Assembly: GCF_009834535.1 (NCBI RefSeq)
Contig: NC_045703.1
Coordinates: 47,120,001-47,184,000 of the forward strand
Direction: 5' to 3'
DNA length: 64,000 nt
From: Camelus ferus
Taxonomy: Eukaryota
Both the position numbers and the translations under genes were made by a program. Positions 24,565-36,868 of the stretch are shown here, piece after piece (positions within the stretch are counted from its first letter, which is position 1; every line of letters starts with the position of its first letter). The notes under the pieces were generated by a model. The model saw only the letters and a list, made by a program, of their open reading frames with translations, searched no databases and was not told the DNA's origin.

Positions 24565-25010
24565 TTAGGACACATTCTTATCAATGACCCTGTTTCCAGT
24601 GGTAGAGAGAGAACTAGGAGCCCTGGGCTAGAGTACAAAAATATTTCCTCAGTTTACTACCTACAGATTCCTGTAATCAAGTGCCCCCAGAAGAAAAGGT
24701 CTGGGTGATCAAGTCCTTGCTGCCATACAACATTTTAGTGAAAAAGAGGGGTATAATGAATTTGTTAGTTTCTTTTAAGTGTTCTTGAGGACTTGCAGGA
24801 AAAAATGGTGAACATTAGAGGCTTTAAACTCCAAGTTGAAGGTCCATCTAAGAGACCTGAGGGCTTCAATGAATGCCTTGAGAGAACCCTTTATCTTCTG
24901 GAGCCTAGAACTGAGTTTCTGAAAACCGAACGCCAAGCCTAATTCTGTAGGAGCAAGGATTATAGTAAAAATGCAATTCTCTAAATCCCAGAGCGTCTTT
25001 CACTAAAATT
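24565..25010 (+). mobile_element. ERVL gag 5' remnant (paralogue of 2671-3115)
   Basis: Homologous to the gag start in arm A. Similarity stops after 'cactaaaatt' at 25010. Confidence 0.7.
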
Positions 25011-27944
25011 CCTTTTCTGTTGGTAATTTTTTTAATTTAGCTTGAGTCATCCTGTATGAAAAATTGATGTAGTAATAATTTAAGGGCTGAAATGATATAA
25101 TCTTCTCTCAGAGAAAATTTCCATTTGTTCTGCATTGGACTAGGAGAACCAGCAATCCTGGCCCATCCTAACCTCCATTATAGGAGTTAAGAAAATTTGA
25201 AGTAAAAGTTTACCAAAATGTTTAAAGTATGATAGTTTTCAAGGCTTTAACCAAAATGATTGATAGTGGGTGTGTGACCTGGGCTCAACTTTCTTGTTAG
25301 GATTTAAAATCGAACAGTTTCCATCTGACCCTTTGAGATTGTCAAGAGCTCTGCTTAGCTTTTTATTTTTCTCTGATATTTCTTCTGGAATTAGCTGATG
25401 TATATTGAAAACAATTGCTCTAAATGTTAGATTCTCCTATCTGGATCTTCTTATTTCTCTGAATCTTGGATAATTCTTAGCTGCATTTAAATGTCTATAA
25501 TATTTTAAAGATTTTTAAAAATAATTTTTCCAAATTTTCCTTAGGAGGAGGACTGGTCTACAGAATCTAGTCCACCAAGCCCACCGTGCGGAACTGGAAG
25601 CAGATGTCCTATAGAACTTTTAACAAATATAATAGAAAATTTTTCTTAGCTGATATAGGTAATATAACCCAAAGTCACTGAGTCTTTTTACATCTTAAAT
25701 AGATTAAACAATTATAGGAAATATGTGTCTGTAGTCTTTATTTCCATGTCCAGGAAAGAGTTATTGGTGCCTTGGATTCATTCTCAATGGAATCAAAGCA
25801 GATTAGACAAATTTGTTTCTAGTCATATCATCTGCAAATAATGATATTCTAACTTTCCATTTTTGAATTTCCATATCTGTTTATATACCTTGTCTAATTG
25901 TATTAACTAGTATTTATAAAATGATGTGTATACAATGTAATATTATTGGACCATTTTGTCTTTATCTGGACAAAGAGAATGCTTCTAAAATTGCACCTCT
26001 AGGTGTGTGCTGAAATTCAGCATTTAGATGTGTTTTTATTATATTAATGACAGAAACAGTGAGCAATCAAAACTTTGAATAGAAGTTGGGCAAGATCTAG
26101 GAACTTCATTCCAGTGCTCAGTATTAATATGACCTGATGTCTTTGTTCTTTATCCCCTGAGTGATAATATGATAGATTCAGCCCTACCTATTTGATGAAT
26201 TTTCCTGGAATCATGTTTCCAGCTCTAATTTGGTCATCTAAGGCCAAGGAGCTTATAATGTGGTACCAACAATGGCATTGCATGCTTGTATAATTTGAAA
26301 GCCACAATCAGCATATCCAAGGTAGTCATATTTAGGAAAGACTATCATGAAACATGTGAAAGCATCTAATCTCTTGTTTTCTCTTTATTTGTGGAATCTC
26401 ACATACTCACTATGTTCAAAATAAATTTCATATTTAGAATTGTATTGGAGATTTTGGTATCATTCATAACAAAATGATATTTTGCTTACCCATAGATAAA
26501 TTTTTTAAATCTTCCATTTTCTTTTGGACTTCTCTCATACCCATTATCTATCATTTACTTTAGTGACAGTGTCATTCTGTGGAGCATTTATGGTGTGAAT
26601 CTGTTATCCAACTCTTTCACTTCATTCTTTCTGTTTGTCCTCTATACTCTAAAAATAGGGAACATGATGTCCTTTTCTATATCTGCTACAGCTAATCCGA
26701 TTTATTGAGTATAGTAAGTAATAGCATGAAACTATATTTATTGATTGTCATCACGCTAGTAATCTACTCACTGTCTTCCAGTTATCCCAAGCCCAATCTG
26801 CCATTTATGGAAATGAATGCTACAGTTCAAAAAAGTTTTCTACACTCCTATCTGCCTACATATATCAAAACATGCTTGAACATGCCTCAGAAGTCCTTTC
26901 TACTCAAAAAATAATCTCCTTTAACAATTTTTAAGTCCTCAGGGCCTGTAATAACAGGTAGGTGAGAAGACAATGTTACAGGAATGACCAATACTAAAGC
27001 ACCAGCCTTTTGATGGGAGCTAGTCCTCAGCTCCCAGGACTCAGCATTTGTGACATCTTCCTGGGCCTCAATAACATAATTTAAAATGAGTTGTCCATAT
27101 TACCTACAAAATTATTTTCCTTGAGGAAAATACTAGGGAAAGAACACGTTTTTCATCCTTAGCCACATCCATGGCACAGGTAGTTGCGTATAATTAATGG
27201 TCAATATTTGTTTGAAAACAATGAAAAGACTTGATGAAAACCAATGAGAAGAAATTACTTCAATCATTTTAACTGAATGATGCCACAGAATAGCCAAAAG
27301 AAAAAAGAAACAGAAAAAGGCTTACATGCTACTACTTTACTACAATTTAGCTTCATTATACAAAATACTCCAGACATGCATTCCAGAAAACTTTTATTGA
27401 ATCAACAATGTAAAATGTTCCAGAAAGCAAAATGTAAAATTACAGCATATACTGTTTATACTTGTTTTGATATACTTTTTTTTTGTAGTAAAAGCATGAA
27501 AATTTTGACCCCATAACATCCTGGGGAAGTAAGTACTCACTATATTTAAGTTAGAAAAAAGCTGAGAAAAAACAGGGAAGTGAATTACACATTGTTTTCA
27601 AGAGAAAACATTTGGTGTGGAAATGGCCGCTGCTAGTGACAACTGATAGTTCTTGCACTTGCAGATTTTCCATTGGCTAATGATCGTTATGGCAGTCTTT
27701 TTGTGGTAACATTTTTCCACAGGTTTCTACTTCTGTGTCATGTCTGTAGCTAACACCTGATCCCAAGGCAGAATTACTGGTCCCTTCATGTTACAAGGGA
27801 ACATTCCAGGATTCTGCCCAACCATTAAGCAGGAGAGGCTTACCTGCTGCCCCGAAGCCCCAGGAAGGTACAGAGGAGACAGAGTCACAGCAGAGCAGCA
27901 AATAAACAGCCCCTTGGGTACCGTCAGCAAGCCTGGGCTGCGGC

Positions 27945-28327
27945 TGTTACAGGTTGAATTATGTCCCCTGCAAATGTGTATGTTGAAGTCCTACCCCCCA
28001 GCACTGCAGAACGCAATTGTATATGGAGACAAGGTCTTTTAAAAGTACTAAGTTACAGTGAGTTTTTAAGGGTGAGCCTTAATCAAATATGACTGGTGTT
28101 TTTTATGAGAGGAGATTGGGACCCAGACTCACTTGGCAAAGAGCATGTGAGGACACAGGGAGAAGGCAGCCATCCGCAAGCCAAGGAGAGGGTCCTCAGA
28201 AGAAACCGGCCCTACTGACACCTTGATTTTGGAAGTTTAGCCTCTAAAATCAGGAAAAAATAATTTCTGTTGTTTAAGCCACCCAGTCTGTGGTACTTTG
28301 TTATGGTAGCCAGAGTAAACTAACACA
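27945..28327 (+). mobile_element. MLT1A-type solo LTR
   Basis: tgttacaggttgaattatgtcccc...gaggacacagggagaaggcagccatc...ttgtttaagccacccagtctgtggtactttgttatggtagc...taacaca. Confidence 0.88.
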
Positions 28328-28729
28328 ATGCTGCAAAAGACCAGGAAAGAAGGAGCATTTAAGGATACGTGAGAGTTGAGTATAAATGAGAAAATCATTA
28401 GAGATCACAAAACCAAAATGAGAGTCAAATTCAATGAAATTGGAAGAAACAAGTGCACGTGGTAAGGACGTGAACAGAGCTTTGAGACAGGTGACATAGG
28501 TGATGCACTTTGTCATTTATTACTTAGTGCAATGGACATCTTTACGATGTAAATATTTTTACAATATCTTATAAATGAAAGTGCCTCCCTGTGACTTTGT
28601 TCCTAGCTAATTTGAAAGCATAATAAATTTCCCCAATCTTGAAAGGTATTATTCATTTCTTTTATCTAATTTCATCATAAATTCATAATTTTGAAAATAT
28701 CCTTACATTTCTCAACTTAGTGCTTATAT

Positions 28730-29761
28730 TCATTCTGAAAATAAACTAATGGTTGATGAAGTATCCTTAAAAAGTCCCCCCCTTAAAATAACTTTTATGG
28801 CTTTCCTAAACCATGGATAAAATAAAGCATAAATCAAAGGGTTCATGGCTGAGTTATAATAAGCACCCCAACAGCAAATCTCATAAATATAGGCAGGGGT
28901 TGTGAAGCCCATATAAGCATCAATTAATGTATCCATGGTGTATGGTAACCATGCGATCATAAATGCTACCACCGTGACCCCCAGGATTTTGGCTGCTTTT
29001 CTCTCTCTCCTGGCCACTCTGGCTTTGTAACTTTCTGAGGATGATTCTGCTTTGCTACCAGTATTTTCAATTTTTACAGCTTGTTGTTTAGCTATGAGAA
29101 AAATCTTACTGTAAAGAATGATCATAACAAGAGTAGGTATGAAGAATAACAGAAAATCTATCAAAACCCATTGCTGATTTACAACAATTTGACAACCACC
29201 TACACAGCTGAGAGCACTTACTAATTCCTCCATCCCATCATCACTGACACCTGTGTAGAACACAGCACCGCTGTAAGTAATGGGCAGGACCCAGGAGAGG
29301 CCGATGCATATGCCTGACACAGACACCGTGAACTTGGTGGGATAGACCAGAGGGTCCGTCACAGCAATGTACCTGTCGATGGAGATGAAGCACAAGTGGA
29401 AGACAGAAGAGTAACAAAATGCCACATCACAGCAACTGTGAAGGGCACAGAATCTGGCTCCAAAATACCAGCAGCTCTCTACGGACCTGACCAGGCTGAA
29501 CGGCATCACAGTCACTCCCACCAGAAAGTCAGCACAGGCCAGAGAGGCGATGAGAAAATTGGTTGGAGAATGCAGCTGCTTGAAGTGAAGAACTGATGTC
29601 ATCACCAAGAGGTTTCCGAACACAGCCACTAAAGACCCAAAGCCAAACAGTGTGTACAGAATCACCCGAGAGCCGGGTGAGTAGGGAGTTTTAATACAAG
29701 ACCCATTCACATTCTCATAGCAGAGCTGCACAGCTGCAGGTTGGGAAAGATTGCTGGTCAT
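28730..29761 (-). CDS. TAAR8: Trace amine-associated receptor 8 (343 aa)
   Basis: Intact 7TM ORF with TAAR8-type MTSNx[43 protein letters not shown] and SSTISLF. Confidence 0.92.
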   Translation of the reverse strand: MTSNLSQPAAVQLCYENVNGSCIKTPYSPGSRVILYTLFGFGSLVAVFGNLLVMTSVLHFKQLHSPTNFLIASLACADFLVGVTVMPFSLVRSVESCWYFGARFCALHSCCDVAFCYSSVFHLCFISIDRYIAVTDPLVYPTKFTVSVSGICIGLSWVLPITYSGAVFYTGVSDDGMEELVSALSCVGGCQIVVNQQWVLIDFLLFFIPTLVMIILYSKIFLIAKQQAVKIENTGSKAESSSESYKARVARRERKAAKILGVTVVAFMIAWLPYTMDTLIDAYMGFTTPAYIYEICCWGAYYNSAMNPLIYALFYPWFRKAIKVILRGGLFKDTSSTISLFSE

Positions 29762-30250
29762 GGTTCTGCAGAGTGATGCTTGCTGTGTTTCTGCCCTTCA
29801 GAAAGAAGGTTTTCAATTCTGAAAATTAAAAAAAAAAAATATAACTGCATATTTGAGTGCTGCTTTTAGAAACTGCCTCATATTACATCCATTTCCCTTT
29901 TTACTATGAAGTGCAATTAAAAGAATTTTTAAAAATTCAGAATTTTTTCTTTCTGTGTTCATATAATGATTACTGTAACTATGTCTAAATCTCATAGATA
30001 CTTAACTCTAAGCAAATCTACTATGAATTTTCATCAGCTCCAGAAAACACATTATCTGAATAACTGAAATAATTTAATTTAAATACCTGGTCCTTTACAC
30101 CTGTGAGGTTCTTCCTTGCAAAAGTTAATTGCATATAATAATTGCATATTTGAATCTTAATAGACTTTCACCTTCACTTTGAGAAGTTAACACCTAGGGT
30201 GCTTTAGGAAGCCAGCCAATAAACTTAGCCCTTTATAATTTCTCACTAGC

Positions 30251-30275
30251 AATCCCTATAGTGTGAGGTGTGAAC
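30251..30275 (-). promoter_or_regulatory. Conserved upstream motif of TAAR8
   Basis: aatccctatagtgtgaggtgtgaac, 23/25 identical to the TAAR6 motif, ~490 bp upstream of the ATG. Confidence 0.45.
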
Positions 30276-30964
30276 CATGAAAGGAAACTTACTTTTGAGA
30301 ACTATAATTAAAAACTTCTTCTACAAAACATCTCTCTCTGTGCTCTGTTACTCTACAAAAACACGATTGTCACAACTAAGATTTCTTTAAGTTCTGTCCT
30401 GAAATAGCCTCACCCAGAATTGGACAGTAATAGTGCCTATTCTCTATTTACAAGACTTGCTACATAGTATGTAGGACCCAGTAAAAAATAAAAATATGGG
30501 AATTTTTGTCCAAATTTATAGAAAGAGGCACCCTGAAGGTACTAAAATATGCAGATATTTCCTTCCTCTTGCAGTGTCTTCTGACCTGCCATGATTTTTG
30601 ATTTTTGCTGTGGGATATCTTACTTCCTTGAGCATGCAGGTATTAGGAGGGCTAGTGCAGACCCTCAAGGATGCCTTCAGACCCTGCCCTGCTACCTTAG
30701 TATCCACGTGGCCCACCCACTGCCAGTCTTCCTCCCTCACCAACAGCTGGCACAATACTCCACCCCAGGTAGGGCCAAGGAAGCTGAGCCAGGCAACCAA
30801 AGGTGACAGGCAACCCCTCTTGGACTGCAGCCACTTGGGACTTGAATTGGGGGTGAGGGAGAGGCTTGGACCTGCTCAGAGCATGGAATGTGCTGTGTGT
30901 CCACCAGCCTAAGATGGGATGACAGCACCATGCCTTGTCCTGAAACTTCCTAGTGTGCACATGA

Positions 30965-32400
30965 TCCCAACCCTCCCCGCATAATATCCAGTCCTCTAAA
31001 ATGGTGAGGATCCCAGCATCCTTGAAAACTTCTAGGTAGCCACCGTCTGTAGGTTAAAAACTATAGTGTGAACTGCTACCATACAATTAGGATCCCTAAA
31101 TGCAATGAGGATAGTGGGATCTCAACCTGGCAGGGGCCAAATAATAGCACAGTAGATCCTTGAACAACACAGGAGTTAATCCAGGTATAATTTATAGTCA
31201 GTCCTCTGTATCCATGGCTCCTCAGCATCTGCAAATTAAGTTAACCAAGGACCATGTAGCACTGCAGTATTTACTGTTGAAAAACATTCACCTATAAGTG
31301 GACCCACATAGTTCAAACCCTTATTGTTCAAGAGTCAACTGTCTTGTTCTTTCATCTCCAAAAACCAGGTGGATATATTTATCAAAATGGACAGCAGAGT
31401 CAAAGCAGCAGTCAGGGTACATGAATTGCAGAAACCTATGACATTGACTAGTTGATCATAGTCTCCCTAGAGCTGAAATAGCCAGCTTACTAAAGCCTTA
31501 CTCAATCTCTATATGCAGAAAAACTCTAGTTCTCATGAACGGAAGACTGATTTGAATTCCCAACATAGTGTCTTTGCTACTCAATCAATTCCCAGAATTA
31601 CCCAATTCACAGACCTAGAGCAGCCTGAGTAAAAATAGACAGTGCCCTTGAGGAAGAACCCTGTTTTACTGCTAAGAATTTATATTGTTAATCTTCCTTC
31701 TAATCTTTCCCAAAGTGGCATGCAGTCTCCTAATAGAGGATCTATGCACTGGGGTAAGGGAAATATTCTTATTTTAGGGGATAATTGGATGCTTGCTCTA
31801 AACTGTCATTAATTCTGAAATACCCAAAATGTCACTGTGATACACTGGTCAAATGGTCCACCAATTAGGGTAGGTTATGGAGGTCAGGTAATCAGTGGAG
31901 TTATGTCTTAGATCATTTTCACAATGAGCCTAGTGTGTCTCCCAAACCACTCTGCGGTTATTTCCCCAGTTCTGGAATGCATGCTTGAAATATACATACT
32001 CTGCAACTGACAGATGGCCACATTGGTTCCCTGGCCAGTGGAACGAGGGCTATAGGAAGGGCCAAGTAGAAGCCACTTAAACTGCCTCTACCCTCAAAAA
32101 TAGTAACCCAAATTTCATATTGCATTTATGGAGGAATTTCATCTAATAGTGTCACTTTCAAGAAGGAAAAAATTCAGAGGTGTTGGTTCTTACCATAGTT
32201 GCATTCAACTAGCCAATTCGAGTGTGCAGAAGACAGATGTATCTTAGAGAATGACAGTGGAATATCATAAACTTAGTAAGACCATAATTCCAATTGCAGC
32301 TGCTATTCCAGACATAGTTTTGCTTGCTTGAGCAAATTCACATTTTCCCTGGAATCTGGTAAGTAGCTATTGATCTATCAAGTACTTTTTTCTCTATACC
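30965..32400 (+). mobile_element. Degraded ERVL internal region (gag C-terminus, protease, start of RT)
   Basis: The 3' part translates as a degraded MTVEYHKL..IAAAIPD..LEQI..IDLxSTFFSI, matching the ERVL RT start. One ~137-bp block is ~76% identical to the reverse complement of ~1635-1770. Confidence 0.8.
31150..31341. mobile_element. Tigger2/MER8-type non-autonomous DNA transposon nested in ERVL
   Basis: Terminal inverted repeats cagtagatccttgaacaa / ttgttcaagagtcaactg. Confidence 0.8.
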
Positions 32401-32784
32401 TGACTAGCTGTTGTAATCAGCACAACAGTGTAAATCAGCAGTGCTTCAATAAAAATTTCAAAAATCGGGAGACATCTTAGTGAGTGTGGGGGACATTTGA
32501 AACTGTAGACGTCATCTTGAGCAGGCTGTTATTGTAAACAAAGTGCTCCCATCCATGTGATTATTTCCTTCCCCAGTAGAGGAAGACGAAGCCATTGTTC
32601 TGCCCAGGTGATAGGATGATTATTTGGTTGCTCTCTTTCTACTCTTATTACCACTGGAAACTGTGTAATAGTTGGTAAGGATTGCCCTAAGTGCTATGCT
32701 ACTGTCTTCACACACATTGAACACTACTTGTCCATTCAAGGAGAGTCTCTTTTGAAAGCACTCTCTAGTTTTCTTTCCTTTTCT

Positions 32785-33102
32785 ACTCCTCAAAACTGTC
32801 AAGGTCATCAAAAATAAGCAAAGTAAGAGAAAATATCAGTTTAGAGGAGAATAAGGAGACATGACAGCTAGAGGTAATGTGATGTCCTAAATGAGACGCT
32901 GGAACTGAAAAAGGACATAAAGGGAAAACTGAGGAAAGGGAAAACTGATTAATGTGTGGACTTTTATTGATACATTAATAATAATATATCAGCATTGCTT
33001 TGTCAATTGTTAACAAATGTACCATGCTAATGTATTAATAATAAGAGAAACGGGGTGCTGGGTATGTGGAAACTATCTGTACTATTTTTGCAACTTTTCT
33101 GT
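32785..33102 (+). mobile_element. L1MC-type 3' end
   Basis: 'aactgtcaaggtcatcaaaaataag...ggaactgaaaaaggacat...ttaacaaatgtaccatgctaatg...ctatctgtactatttttgcaacttttctgt'. Confidence 0.75.
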
Positions 33103-33359
33103 GGGCTGAGGAATCTGAGAAGGCTCCATGGAGAACTCAGAATATAAGCTGAGCAATAGAGCACTAGTTTAAACAGGAAAAAAATGTAGAAAGGGAATTT
33201 CTAGGCAGAATAAATATTTCATCAAATGTATAAAGTTAGCAGCATGCCAAGCACAATTAAGCATCCAGGAAGGATAGTTGACAGACCAGCCTAAGGCGGA
33301 GCATTTGGATAGAAGAGTCTCAATCAATCCATCCATCAACCAAGATGCTATTTTAGGCT

Positions 33360-33865
33360 CTCTGTCTGCACCATACAATCTGATAGCCCATAGCAATATG
33401 TGCTTATAGAGCACTTGAATTGTGGCAAGTCTGAATTCAGATATGCTATGAGTAGAAAATACACATCAAATTTCCAAGACTTAATAAACACAAACAGAAG
33501 AATGTAAGAGATCTCATTAATTTTTTATATTGATTACACATTGAGATGATCAATTTTTGGATATATCCAGTTAAATAAAATATATTAATAAATTAATTTC
33601 TCTTTCTACTTTTTTGGTTTGGCTACTAGAAAAAAATTTTTTTAATTTTAAATTACAGAGGGGAGAGTGTAGCTCAAGTGGTAGAGCACACGCTTAACAT
33701 ATACAAGATTCTGGGTTTAATCCAAGTACCTCCTCTAAAAATAAATAAATAGGTAAACCTAATTCCCTCCCCCCCATAAATAAAATAAATAAAGTTTAAA
33801 AAAAAGAAAATTTTAAATTAAAAATGCAACTCAAATGATATTTTTATTGTACAATATTGTTCTAT
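33360..33865. mobile_element. MER3/MER33-type hAT-Charlie element interrupted by a SINE
   Basis: 'atgtgcttatagagcacttgaattgtggcaagtctgaatt...ttaaataaaatatattaataaattaatttc...tggctactagaaaa'. Confidence 0.6.
33656..33808 (+). mobile_element. tRNA-derived SINE (camelid Vic-1-like) with 12-bp TSD
   Basis: ggggagagtgtagctcaagtggtagagc...ctgggtttaatcc...acctaattccctccccccc plus an A-rich tail. TSD aattttaaatta at 33644-33655 and 33809-33820. Confidence 0.85.
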
Positions 33866-34469
33866 AGAAAATAAAAGTGAACCACAAGACCCAATTCTGT
33901 CCCTTCAGGGCTTAACATCAAAATAGAGAGACAATGCATGAACATAAACAAGTAAAAATATATGAACTATGATAGAAGTTAAGTGATATTTATTTAACAA
34001 CTTATATGTAAAAACATATATAGAGAATTCATGTTAATCCAGTATTCTGCCCATTTTAAGATAATGAAACTGGGTCTCAGAGAAGTAAAGTAATTTGCAT
34101 GACGTTATATAGCTAGTAAAAAATTAAAAAAAAACTTTTTGCCACGCTTTAAATCCAAATCATCTAGATTTTAGCCCAAATTTATTCCTCTACATGGAAA
34201 TGAGAGTTTAGGGCAAACAAGAAAGAATGTCACAAAGGAGAACAGTTAAATAAATGCTACCCAAAAATGATATTTAGCATTTATGATTTATCCTGTAAGT
34301 CAATGGTTCTTAATGATTTTTAGATCATAATTACATTGAAAAATATGCTGAAATCTGCCTTCCCTCATCTCAGGAAAAGGTACACATAATCAAATAAACA
34401 TAATATTTGGCATACATTTCTGGGTATTCCCAAATTATAGTTGAGATCAGTTATAGTTCATGAATATAC

Positions 34470-34790
34470 TGCACCCGTCAGGATAGGGTAGACTTTGCTT
34501 CTGTAAAAACAATCTCAGCTACCTTTGTGCTTGCTGTAACAAGTTTCTTTACTGCTCCAGTGAAATCCAGTATGGACCTGGGGAGCTATTCAGGGCAGCT
34601 GTTCTCAATGCAGTGACTATGCAATGCAGGCTGCTTTGATTTCCTGGCTCCATCTTTTTGAGAAACTTCTATGCTTCAGCCTAAAAGGACACAGCAGCCC
34701 ATTAGCCAGAACTAAGCAGACAACCCCTTGTAATGGCTGGGAAATGTAGGGGACCAAGTGGAATGGGTACAGCCCCCTCTACCTTCTGCC
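34470..34790 (-). mobile_element. Old MLT1 LTR
   Basis: Antisense MLT1 3' end 'gtcaggatagggtagactttgcttctgtaaaaac' and 'gctgggaaatgtagg'. Confidence 0.5.
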
Positions 34791-34872
34791 ACACAGGGCT
34801 GTATTGAATGAAGTGTCAGATTATGTTAAGGTATATCTCTCAGAGTTTGAATTTGGCAGTAAATGTATTTAC

Positions 34873-35070
34873 CCATTAGGATTTATTTTACTTAAGCAAC
34901 ACAAAGTCTAAATGAGGCAATTTCTGGCTGTGAGTCCATGACTCAAGTATGCTAGAGTCAAGGGTCCTGTGATTTTCTTCATAGTTCTTTAATGGTTCCA
35001 AAATGGCTGCTGGAGTTCCAGTCAAACCACACATATTCCAGGAAGCAGAGAGGAGAAAGAAGCAGAGAGG
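34873..35070 (-). mobile_element. Old MLT1 LTR fragment
   Basis: 'aaaatggctgctggagttccag...ttccaggaagcagagagg' motif. Confidence 0.45.
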
Positions 35071-36109
35071 AGGAAGAACCAGTAAAAGAGAACTTTCCTG
35101 AAGCCTGATTCAGCAACTTCAGCTTCATCAAAGAAAGGAAATTTCTGATGCTATGAAGGAAGGAAAAAAATAGTTATTAGGTGAGAAATAAAGCATTTCT
35201 GCCCCATGAAATAATCTAGAAAATGAAATCTAGTAAGTGGAAATAAAATTTCTTGCCAAAATCCTCTGAAGGGATTTGCTTTACAAATCCAGAAGTGAAC
35301 TGAGAAAGGGAAAATGAGAAAATATCCAAGTCTTCCTCACTGACCTCTCTACCATCTTTTTCTTAAACTTCTCCTTTAGTATTGTTCTTTTATTTTTTTC
35401 AGCCAATGAGCATTTAGTAGATATGTGCTTTGTAGAAAACACTCTGTTGGCCATGCAGAAGACATGGCAATGAATGAGACTCAGCCACAGCAATAGAGTT
35501 CCCATTACAAAAGCTAGCCCCAGAATGGGAAGGTAGTCTCTAGGCTCTGTGAATGGCTCATAAATCAAAGTCCAAAGCCTGATTCCTATACTACTTAGAA
35601 TCAAATTCTAACTCTTTACTATGATGTTTGAGATCTAACAGAGTCTTAACATACAAAGCTCTTTAACTATATCCTTGCCTGAGTCAGCTGGCACTTTGCA
35701 AGGATGTCTCCCATGGTATAAAGTGGAGCATTTTGAAAACTGGGGAAGAGGGGAGAGTAGGGAGGGCTGGAGGAGGGTTAGAAGCCCATGATGGAGGCCA
35801 TGGCGGCCAGTGCCATGACAGAAGTAGAACGTGAACCTGAGTCCTGTGGAAACAGTAGTGGTAGAACCCAAGGAATTGGTCCCTCCTGATACCTAGTTCC
35901 TAAAATGAGTAAACATGCAGACATAGTTCCTGGATTGAACTGGGGGAGGAGCAAGGCAATGGAATGGGTTGCCATTACCAAACTGTATGGTAACTGGGTC
36001 AAAGCCCTCTACAATTTTATCTCAGCTACTGATTGTTCCTGAGGCTGGAGTTATCCAGGAAACTGGACTCAAGCTCATTGAAATGCCTTCCTGCTCAAAA
36101 TTATGATTA

Positions 36110-36335
36110 CAGTCAACCCTTGAACAACACAGGTTTGAACTTAATATGGGAGGGTCCACTTAATACGGGAATTTTTTTCATTAAACAAGTACTCCAATAC
36201 TACATGATCTGTGGTTGGTTGAGTCTGCAGGTAAGGAACCCTGGATATGCTGGGATATGGTACTTGAGCATCCTCAGTTTTGGTATCTGGTAGATTCCAG
36301 AACCAATCCTCACCCCATGTACTGAGACACAACTG
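36110..36335. mobile_element. Tigger2/MER8-type DNA transposon
   Basis: Starts ta|cagtcaacccttgaacaacacaggtttgaac...gggtccacttaatacgg and ends gagacacaactg. Confidence 0.8.
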
Positions 36336-36545
36336 TGCTTCAGTGCTGGTGACAAAGTGTGCTGTGCTTTCAGCCACATTGCTTCAACCTAGAACTGAAA
36401 ATGTGTAACTGGAAGTCGAGGAAATTCAGTTGTTAAGTCAAGGGCATATGGGAATGTGTGGCCTCAGCAGTTCAGATTTTAATGCCCTGCATAGTGAAAC
36501 TATAAGATCTTGGATTACATAGAAGAAAAGGGAACACTAGGTGTC

Positions 36546-36868
36546 TGTGATAGGCAGAACAATGGCCCCCCAATGATGTCTGTGTCCTAATTCCCAGAAT
36601 CTAGGTGCTTTTCCTTATATGGCAAAGAGGACTTTGCTGATGTGATCTTGAGATGGGGAGATTCTCCTGGATTGTCTATGTGGGCTCGATGTAATCATAA
36701 GGGGCCTCATGAGAGAAAGAGGAAGGCAGGAGAGTCAGAATCTGAGGAGATTTTAACTCCATAAAACCCACATCAGACTTCTGACCTCTAGAACTGCAAT
36801 AAATTTGTCTCATTTTAAACCACTAAATTTGTGGTGATCTGTTACTGCAGCAACAGAAAACTAATGCA
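36546..36868 (+). mobile_element. MLT1D-type solo LTR (internally deleted)
   Basis: tgtgataggcagaacaatggcccccc...ggcaaagaggactttgctgatgtga...cagacttctgacctctagaactgc...gttactgcagcaacagaaaactaatgca. Confidence 0.85.

Larger units (their letters stand above)
21965..25010 (-). repeat. Inverted segmental-duplication arm B (partner 2671-5760)
   Basis: Reverse complement of arm A. Core 22743-24775 is ~99% identical and the flanks ~70-80%. Confidence 0.95.

Noticed and set aside
22743-24775. TAAR7 copy B as a simple false (allelic) duplication
   Set aside because: Both flanks remain homologous but are only ~70-80% identical, which is far too diverged for alleles. Read-collapse within the core cannot be excluded without long reads.
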